From assembly GCA_025786725.1 (NCBI GenBank), contig JAHLTZ010000010.1, forward strand, positions 434,001 through 498,000: DNA of 64,000 bases, in the 5' to 3' direction. The notes under the pieces are model-generated. The model ran no database searches and had not been told where the DNA came from. It saw only the letters and a program-made list of their open reading frames with translations. The translations under genes and the position numbers were made by a program. Below, piece after piece: positions 29,151 through 39,670 of this stretch (position 1 is its first letter; each line of letters starts with the position of its first letter). The stretch comes from Syncephalis fuscata S228 (Eukaryota; Fungi; Zoopagomycota).

Positions 29151-32100
29151 TTAAATTATTGATACAGATGTATTGCTCTGGCTCATAGTTAGCAGTATAT
29201 CCAATTCACCAGAACGTTCACACAAATTACGGAATAGACTGTCTGGTCGATTGATAAGCACACTTGGCTTGTCAAATTCCACTAGACGTCCGGTATCTAT
29301 TATTTAATTAGTATAATAAACATTATTGCTGCTGTTTACAGTAACTACATACCAAGTACCATTACACGGTCATAGTCGATAATGGTGCGAAGTCGATGGC
29401 AATACACAACAGTGTAGAGTTGGTAAATTCTTGACGGATTGTCTGTTGTATTTTAGCATCTGTTTCAAAATCGACCGATGCCGTGGCTTCGTCCATAATA
29501 ATAACCTGTGCGTATGTTTAGCTGATGTATAATAAATTGCTGCTTAATAGCATGTTGCTTACCCGACTATTGCGCAGCAATGCACGTGCCATTGACAACA
29601 ACTGACGCTGACCATGACTGAAATTCGATCCATTTTCAGCCACTGGCGCATCCAAATGTTCTAGACCAACAGGTTTCTCGGCATTAATGTCTTCGTCGAT
29701 TAGATGCGTACGGCGCAATGCATTCCATAGTGCCGCGTCATCATGCATTGTAAATGGATCCAAATTACTGCGGATTGTGCCGCTGAATAGCACCGGGTCT
29801 TGTGGAATGATTGTCAAGCGTGATCGTAAATCCTTTAATCCAATGTTACTAATGTCGACGTCATCAATAAGAATTTGACCAGCATAGGCTTCCACAAATC
29901 GGAAGAATGCTACCGATAGTGTTGATTTGCCAGCACCTAATATGCAGTTGCTATTAACAATTGGTATGCACTGACCGGCATGCTAATTACCTGTTCGGCC
30001 TACAATGCCGATACGCTCACCGGGATTGACCGAAAACGATAGGTCCCGTATAACTGGGCTTTGGTCAATGGCATAGCGAATTGAAATGTTTTGTACGTCA
30101 ATTCTGCCATGTTCAGGCCACTGAATATTTGTTAGTATTATATTGCGAGTAGTTGGATTAATAACATACATTGCTAGGTGGGCGATTGTGTTCAATAATA
30201 GCTGGTGGTTCCTGTTCGAGTTTCAAGTATTCACAAATGCGCTCGACACTATTCATAGCAACGTCGACTTTAGTATACCGCTGGACCATGACCTATCAAA
30301 CAACAGTGTTAACTACTACTACTAATAAATGTATACTTACTGCTGCAGAGTTCAAAAATCCGAGTGCATAACTAAGTGCAAATCCTGCAATGTTGGCACT
30401 TATATAGTCTCGATTCCAAATAAATGTTGATGTTGCAAGAAGCGTAAATAGTACTGAAATGGCTTGAATACGACAAGTGATCCACTGGCTGGCTCCAGCT
30501 TGTAGATATGCTGGTCGTTGCATTACGTTGATATAATACAGATTCTCATCAAAAAACAATTTCTGCATACCAAATGCACGAATTGTGGCGATACCACTGT
30601 ATAATGTTAATACAAATTTATAATAGTAATCACACTTGGCTTACCTGGTTGTATCTGCACATAGTGATAGCAGCGGAGATTTATTGACAGCTTCAAGTCG
30701 TTTGAAATTGCGATTGGCTTTAACATAATAGCTCACTAGCATAAAATATGCAACGACTAAATAGCATGATTAGTTATCAATATTACATTAATGTACATAA
30801 TTATAACTTACAAACTAAAATACTTGCAATAATAAACTTTGGTACTGCAAAGCACACAATTAATAGTTGGAATATTATTTGGCTTGTATAAGCAAATACA
30901 TATTGAAGTCCAAACACTATAGTCTGGTCAATATCATTTATATCGCCACTAAAACGATTAATCAATCGTCCCACTGGTGTTTTATCCAAAAAACGAATTG
31001 ATGCATATGCTACAGTATGTAACATGGTTCTGAATATTTTACGAGAGCTGCGAAGCCCAGTTGCAAATAAACTTAAAGTTGGCACTGCAGCAAATAACAA
31101 TATTACTAGTGTGATCCACAAATAAGTGCGAACATATTTGCCATTTGTTTCTGGGGCCGAGTTGCGTGTCCAAATGACTAGCCAGTATGCTTGACCGATA
31201 ATTAATAGCTGTAATATCAAGTAAGCTGCGATTGTTAAAATCCAGAACTGATAGCCTGCCGCCTTGATATATGTTTTATATACATTGACATTAATAGCAC
31301 CACTATTATAAGATTCGTCTTCTACTAAAACACCGTCTGTGCGTATAGCTGCTGTTTCTTCATCAGAGCCGAATAGTGTGTCGTTTTGCGCATCATGCTT
31401 TGGCTTGGCATTAGAAGAGTCATTGACTTCATCCCGGTCAGAATCACTCTCGCTTGTCATTAACAGCGAAGCTAAAGCAACTGATGGCATACCAGTGGCA
31501 ACGACCTGTCCATTATTCATCAAAACAGCATATTGGGCAATAGATGCACACAAATCCACATGATGGGTGACAAGTATTCGAGTACGTCCTGCTGTTAACG
31601 GACCAGACAAGCAATTTTGCACGATGTGTCGTGCGGTGTGCGAATCAACTGCCGAAAGACAGTCATCCAACAAAAGATGTTGGTATGGGCCATACACAGC
31701 ACGCGCCAAGGCAAGTCGCTGCTTTTGGCCACCTGAAAGTGTAATGCCTTTTTCGCCAATTTGTGTGCGATCGCCGGCATCAAGTATTTCGAGATCACGC
31801 TCCAATGCACACGCATACAGAACCTGGTGATACCGTTGCTCATCATATGGCTGGCCAAATAAAATGTTTTCACGAATTGTCAGATTTTGTAGCCATGGTT
31901 GCTGTGCCACATATCCAATGTCGCTGCATGATACACCCAGTGTATTTGTATGGCGTTTAGTAGTTGGAAGGAATGCTTTGCCGTGTACATGTGGCATTTC
32001 TGTAAATGGTTAGTATACCAATATATAATGTGTTAGTTCACTTACCGCCAAGTAAGGCTAAGAGCAACGACGATTTGCCGCAGCCTGTTGGACCGGCAAT

Positions 32101-34673
32101 TATGTTGAGCTCACCGACAATAAATTCAACATTTAGCCAGTAAGACTAAAGTAGGATGCTGATGAGTCGTTACTGCTACTAGACGAGCTATCATTATTAT
32201 CAGCTAGATTCCAATGGAATTCGGCATTGACGAAACCAATACGTTCTGGATGATTGTTATTTGTAAAATTGTTTAAAGCATCCGATGGTAGAACTGGCTG
32301 TGATAAAAATGACGTGATGCGTTGTATAATAACGCGATATTGGAAATAATAATAAATACTACTAGGTAGCTGAACTATGGCTGTCCTAAGCGACTCAAGT
32401 ACGGCAATGGATGTAAAGGCAATAGTTGAAGTAAGCGTATGTTTAAAAAATATGGTGTAAACACCCAAAGTAGCTGCAGTAATCAGTACTGGGCTAATAG
32501 CACTTCCACTTGTGAAAATGGAATAATTACAAGAATCTTTCCAAATTGCGCTCAGTTCTTTCTCTCGTGCTTCATCTACACGTGCACAAACTTGTTGCTC
32601 CCAAGCAAGTAGTTTAATAATACGCAGTGATTGTAGCATCTAAATCGAATCAATATGCAATAAAAGCTAATTATGCAGCACCTACTTCATTAACGATAGA
32701 TAATCTTTTGTCGCTAGCGTTTCGATAATTTCTGATAGATTTGGAATTTAACGCAGAGACCATCCCTATAATACTATCGCAAATAATAAATGCAATCAGT
32801 CCAAATAAAGACGCAGCTCCAATAATACGCCAGAGTAATGAAAATCCAATTATAATTTGAATTATACTTCCAATATAAATATGCATTAGCGATATTACAT
32901 CACCAAGCACAGTGACATTAGAATTTAGTAAGTTTGCAACTGTGCCACCATTCCATTCTGGAGATTTGGCGCTTTTACTTGGTGTTGATTTATCTAAATT
33001 TGCTGCACGGTCTTCAGCATCAGATAAGCTCACATTTGCTGTAATTGGTATACGTCGCTTAAGACACATTTTAAAAATCTCATTTGAAATAATTGTTTTA
33101 AACTGAACTGCTGTATGTAATCCGGCCATATTGCCCAGTTGATTACATATGCTTGATACAATCATACTAGCGATTAGTCCAGTCAAATATAGCCAGGCAT
33201 GCGACTCATGCTTATGTGCATTGTTAAGATCATCCAATAAAAAGTAGAAAAATGCTGGTGTTGCAAACATAGTAATGCTCCATAATAAACCATATGTTAG
33301 CTGTATTGCTATTTGCTTCTTGCATGTCATAAATAACTTGTATGATCCAAATGACATATCTGGCCTATTATTGATATACAAGTTAGCTTTAAATACAGCA
33401 AATGCACGCCACCAACCTATACAAATCGTATTTCTTTGTAATAACTGTCGCTTGGTCCTTTTGTGGCAACTCCCACAAATCATTATTGCTTAACGTTTTC
33501 TTGGCTCCATTGGCCATAATCGGCGACATCCAACTAAACGACATCCATTCATACAGTGATGCGCTCATTTCGAGTGTTTTTACTCGCCCACTGACTGTTA
33601 CCTCCGACGACCCGCGTGTCACAAATAGTCCAATGGCTGCAATCTGCGCTCCAACAAATATTGCGAGTGCAAACTGAGTCTCGCGAATGTAGAATTCAAG
33701 CACGCCATACGTGTATCGTGCAATCATATCGGCGCATCCACTGCAATAAGCAATAGCAATCAGCAATGTCTGGTGCGTCCCACACTTGATTCTTGCCGAT
33801 TTGTCACGTCTTAGATTCATGACTGACAGCACGGTAATGTATAGCTGGCAAACATGAGCGGCTTTCAACCGTAAATCGACGTACTACTTACCCATACAAT
33901 TGTATTGCTAGCCGGAAAGTAAAGCGCCATCCGATGGTTGTGTGATCGGCGTGAAAGCTGCCACAGCACACCCCAGAGCGAGGCGGACAATGCAATCATG
34001 CTACCGACCATTTTGGTGATGTTTGCATCGATGTTATTGCGTTTGACCAAATGTCTGATGGCTGCAGCATAATCAAGTCGGTCTTTGTTTGTATTGCTTG
34101 TGTTGTTGCGTGTTTCAAAAAACATCAGTTTCCGCTCTTCTTCTTCAGATGGCTCGTGTTGGTCATTATCATCATCATCGTCGTCGCTCAATGTGCAGTC
34201 ATCTTGCAGCGGTTTGCTAGGAATACGGTGGTATGTGGTGCTGTCGTATTTACATATGTTTAGACGGCCTATTGCCAAAATAAATACCGATAGCACTACA
34301 CCCGCTATCGGGAACGCCTCAAATATAAACCTGCAGCCGTAACATCAATAAATAAATTGGAACTCAATAAAACAGTACTACTTACATGTTGTTTGTGCAA
34401 TAATTACGCTGCAATATTTTTGGTACACAACAGTTAGTGTTACAAGTAACATAAATCCAGCGTACTTACCTGTTGTTATAGAAGCAGAAATAAAAGCAAT
34501 ACTAGAAGTGTGATAGCAAAAATCAACTAAATACCAGTTAAATAGTACAAATATGATATTGTATATACTAGGAATGTACGCGTCATCAAACGCATGCCAT
34601 TACGTATTTGTTGGTTACACCGACTTTGGACTGAATGAATATATACGAGCCAAGTAATACAAAACTTTGCCAT
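29151..34673 (-). CDS. ABCC/MRP-family ABC transporter, copy B
   Basis: Inverted duplicate of copy A with the same NBD motifs, a different TMD1 block and different last codons. Single-base deletions near 32137 and 29398. Start approximate. Confidence 0.9.
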
Positions 34674-34964
34674 TTTCCTTAGAGATTGTACAAACTAAAT
34701 GAGTCCATTCAGTGCAGCCAGAGATCTGCATATTTATTAAATAAACGATATTGGACACTATTGGAATATGACAATGACATTGCAACAAAATACAAATACA
34801 TTATTATCACTGTATTTATGAGTTTATTTTCTTGTCCATTATTATTGTCGCATGAACACAGACCAGTGAAACAACCAAATATAGTAGTGATCGGTATATC
34901 CATTAATAATTATTTCATTAATTACAAAAATATGCAACACAGTATTCTGAGTATTAAATGTAAT
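29168..34964 (-). repeat. Right arm of the inverted ABCC duplication
   Basis: Reverse complement of 16090-21888. Confidence 0.93.
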
Positions 34965-35578
34965 TAAATAAATCACAAATATTATTATTAGAATGAATTT
35001 AAAAAAATAGCTGTATTTAATGTAACTGATTGTATTATAACACGTGGAAAAAGCTAGCTTTCTTGATAATATATATTTACATAATAAGGCTACGATGTAA
35101 TTAACTACCTAAGCGATGCATCCCATCATTAGGTCATTAAGTGTAAATAGTGCAAGATATTTTTGTATAATATTATTAATAAATTTTATATTTACGCTGA
35201 CTTATGTTAGAAATTAATACAATATATGTGCGCGAGTAGGATGCTAATACGTTTGCTGGATTGATTTTTATTAGCTATTAGATGCAAATCAAGTATAACC
35301 ATATACATAAAACTCAATTATATAACTAAAACAAAATAACGTTTTTATTACTACAAGTTTGTATAATTGAATATGCACGATCAAATACAGACTTGTTGGT
35401 AACATAATAACGCCATTAATTAAAATCTGAATAATTCGGAGTATTGGATAGAGCCTGGTATGTACATGGGCCGAACGGTGGTTGTCAAATGATCTTGATC
35501 TTTGTTGAATGCGTACCTACAATATATAGGAATAGCAATTTAATTATACCTCCAATGCTAATGTCTTGAAAATGCCGA

Positions 35579-37932
35579 TTATTCTATGTTTGTAAATACA
35601 TACAGCACATTTATGTAATCAGTATATAAATTAACAACAGTATACAATGCCACTTACTAACTACTGACACAATTATTAAATTATATGGCATGTTTTTAGT
35701 GTATAGCTAATTAATATACAATTTCACTCACGATCTATTAAAAAGTATCGGGCATACAGTATATATCATACGTTTAAGCCATAGTTTGTTGCTATATAAT
35801 ACCACTTACATACTATTAACATAGATTATTAAACACAATATACATGGTATATAATTAGTACACAGTTTAGTGATATGCGATATTACCTACTAACTATTAG
35901 CACAGGTTATTTAAAGCACAGCGCATGGTATATTTTAATATAAGTTTAGTTGATATATAAAGTCACTTACTAACTATTAACAAATTATTAAACACATAAT
36001 ATATAGTGAGTGCTTAGTGTATAATTGCTTAATATATGATGTTATTTACCAACTATTAACAAGTGTTATTAAACGTAAAGTTTATGGCATATGTTTAATG
36101 CATAGATAACTAATATACAATGCCACTTACAACCTATCATCAGAACTTATTAAGCACACACATTGCATGGCATATGTTTAATGCATAGCTAATTAATATA
36201 CGATGCCACTTACGAACTATTAGTACAAATTATTAAAATACATGGCATATTTTAGTGCATAGCTGTTTAATATATGTTACCACTTACCAGCTATTAAAAC
36301 ATATTATTAAACACACAGAGTAAATGGTATATGTTTAATGAATAGCTGATTGATATGCAATAACACTTGCCATCTATTGCAAAAAAATTGGTAAACACGC
36401 ATTACATGGTATATGTTTAGTGCATATTCAATTGATATCTAATTTACTTACGAACTATTAGTATGAGTTATTAATTGCACAGTGCATGGTATCCGTTTAG
36501 TACATAGCTGATTTATATATAGTGTCACTTACTAACTATAAATATAAATTAGTAGACACAAAATATAAAATATACATTTAGTGCATAGCTGATTAATATA
36601 CAGTATCACTTACGAACTATTAACATAAGTCAGCAACCACACATTGCATGATATATGTTTAACGCATAGCGGATCTATATGTAATACCACTTACCAACTA
36701 TTAATAGAACTTATTAAACACATGGTACATATTATATGCTTAATGAATAGTATATTGATATGTAGCGTCACTTACTAGCTATTAACATAAATTATTAAAC
36801 ACATGATATAAAAATATGATTAGTGTGTAGCTGACTGATATGTAGTGTTACTTGCCAACTATTAGCAAAAATTAGTAAATATACAGTACATTAAATATAT
36901 TTGGTCTATGACTAATTGATATACAGTGTCACTTACGCTCTATTAGCACAGGTTATTAAACATGCAATACATTATATATGTTTAACGCATAGCTGATTGA
37001 TATGTAGTGTCGCTTACGAACTATTAACATAAAATATTAAATACATAATATATAGCATATGATTAGTGCGTAGTCGCTTAATATGCAACGCCACTTACTT
37101 CCTATTATTACACGTTATTAAATATGCAACATGCAGCATATGATCAATGCATAGCCGATTAATATGCAATAGTACTTACGATCTATTAACACGATTTATT
37201 AAACATGCAGTATATCGTATATGTTTAGTGAATTTCTAATTAATACACAATGCCACTTACTAACTATAGCATATGTAATTAATTATACAGTATACATTAT
37301 ATGTTTAGTGCATATTCAATTGATGTTTAGCGTCATTTACTTTCTATTAACATAGATTATTAAGCACATGACATATGATATATGATTAGTGCATGGCCAA
37401 TTGCTATACAGTGTTACTTACGAACTATTAGCATAAGTTAATAAATACATATTGCATATTATATGTTTGATGCATAGCTGATTAATATGCAATTCTACTT
37501 ACTACTATTGCACATGTTGTTGAGTGCACAGTTTATGGTATAAGTGTAAAGCATGGCTAATTTCTGTGTGCTTTTACTTACGTCCTATTAGCACGTGGTT
37601 AGTACGTAGCTGATTAATACATGATGTCGCTTACGTTCTATTGATTCAAGTTCAACATATTAGCACTGCTAATATAGTATTTAATTTGCTATTTTATGCT
37701 AAGCCTACCTAAATCTTCTGACTCAAATTTAACTAATTTAAATTAAACAATAATATTTATCGTATTTGCCATTTATATGGCAGCGTACAATAAGTAACTT
37801 GACAATGGTTTCTAATCACGACTTACTGTCTAATATATTATTAATTTGTTATAATGTTAACAAGAATATCAACTTATATACTTATTGTAATTACAACATA
37901 CCACGTCGGATTTGGGTTGGAATAGCATCCAT
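35579..37932 (-). CDS. Predicted micro-exon gene (30 exons, 27 of 2-3 nt) encoding a short peptide with a hydrophobic C-terminal half
   Basis: ATG at 37932. Exon 1 37932-37902 (MDAIPTQIRR+G, donor GTATGT); 3-nt exon 37829-37827; 24-nt exon 37732-37709; 26 micro-exons from 37637 to 35658, each flanked by TAG and GT/GC; terminal exon from 35583 giving TAA at 35581-35579 in phase 1. No transcript evidence available. Confidence 0.7.
35584..37640 (-). repeat. Degenerate tandem array of ~26 units, modal period 81 bp (78-nt intron plus 3-nt exon)
   Basis: Plus-strand motif ACTTAC-NNN-CTATTA recurs at about 35652, 35726, 35804 ... 37576 and 37629, separated by a shared CATGGTATATGTTTAGTGCATAGCTGATTAATAT-like core. 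Confidence 0.93.
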
Positions 37933-38070
37933 TATGGCCGTATTGACTTAAAGCTGCAATGGAGGTCTAGAAAACAACAATGGAAGGCTTCGTGTTGATG
38001 TTAGTTTGTTGAAAGAAGAAAATAGAATGAATAAGACTGTGGTTGGTACGAGTAAATAGCAAGGAGTACC

Positions 38071-38080
38071 TTTTATAAAA
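38071..38080 (-). promoter_or_regulatory. Candidate TATA box of the micro-exon gene
   Basis: TTTTATAAAA (TATAAAA on either strand) ~140 bp upstream of ATG 37932, a spacing comparable to the TATA upstream of the CAP gene (~175 bp). Confidence 0.4.
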
Positions 38081-39670
38081 AAATAAAGCGTGATAATGGT
38101 GTTATTAATTAGCTGTGTGGATTGTGTGGGCTATTTAAATATATATTTATCCTAAAACATCAGCATTTTATACTGTATAGACTATAACATTGATTTACAA
38201 TGTAGTCAATACAACCCATTCACACAATGACTTCAAGTACGTTCGTGCCAATATATTGATGATTTGATGATATGCAGTAAAATATTTATTTCATCTGTAT
38301 AGCACTTACACAGATGGTGTGGCAATGTCAATGGTTTAATGTGTGTGGCGTAAATCTATCCATCAATTTCTACCATTCTTTTACACAATTTAATCGTATG
38401 ACACAAGCCGAGTCTATCGGTTTTGCAGGAGCAACGATAATGCATTTCTGTGCCTTTGGTGCTGCTTTATGTTGATAAATTCACCCCTTCAATGTCTGCA
38501 TGCTTTCTAAATAGTGTTTAACGCTGATACAACAGTAGCATCAACACATTGAATGCACTCCTTTAAAGATTTAGACTGTTGCGCATAAGCTGATTGGATT
38601 TTTTTAAATCATGGAAATCTACTAATTGTTTATCTACATCCACTCAATTTGAGATTGCGACTTGTTGTAAAAAACAAACAACTCCTTTTAACACAATATT
38701 ATTAATCATTAATTCATAGTTTATTTTTAACAATTTATTACTGAACTATGCATAACAACATTTTTATAATAAAATATTAGGCTTGAATGTGGATGTCATA
38801 AACTGTTTAACCATAGAGCCACATAAAGATATCAAATTTACATATCAATTTTTCTTAGTCATGTATAAGCGATATTAAGCGTACAGCAACAATGTATGTC
38901 ATATCAACCAGTGGCAGCTATGAAAAACTTATTATAAATGCATACATACTCACCAGTCTGAAGGAAAGGTAACATACCATCATAGTATCAAAGATCAAGA
39001 TTCTCCGTTGAATTTACCACGTTTAACATTTAATATTATTGTAATTGTATATAAAATACAACACAAATAGCATAATTTCAATAGGAATATACGCATGACT
39101 ATCTATCTTTTTAATAAAAAATAGATCGCTGAGACTAGTATTATTTTATTATCAACTAGTCAAATTTGATTACAATATAATAATATTTATTATTATGAGT
39201 ATACAATGAGCAATGGAGTGTATGAGTAGAGAGCACATGTGTACATAATAGCTATGATAATAAATCTATGATAATAATGATTCAATCATTAATATTTTCA
39301 CCACCCACTACCATGTTTAATAAAGCGAATATCTAGTGCAATTATGTGAATGTTATTGAATTTAGTCATTTAAGCATAGTTACACTAACGCATTTATAAA
39401 TTATTTATAAAAATAAATTGTATAATTATATTGAAGAAAGGTGAAATAAGACTAAACACCATCCATGTATTGATTGCAAACAAGCGACATATGCGTGGTA
39501 GATCACGTGATGTTGTTATTGATAATTAATTATTACCATATTTGGTAATGCTTATAAGACAAATTTACTATACACATCTTTATCCTAGATGATGATAATA
39601 ACGCTAAAATTTTCCTTATTCGCTTGCACACTATTGACCTCTAGTCTATTATCCAACTTTGTTTGTCAAT

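Noticed and set aside
35584-37640. CRISPR array or plain satellite interpretation of the 81-bp repeat
   Set aside because: The context is eukaryotic with no cas genes, and the spacers are mutually homologous. The invariant positions are precisely the splice dinucleotides, and the array is framed by ATG and terminal exons
38280-39100. Possible degraded secreted-protein gene on the minus strand (MRIFLLKLCYLCC..)
   Set aside because: Multiple stops and frameshifts, no recognisable domain, and no consistent exon model could be built
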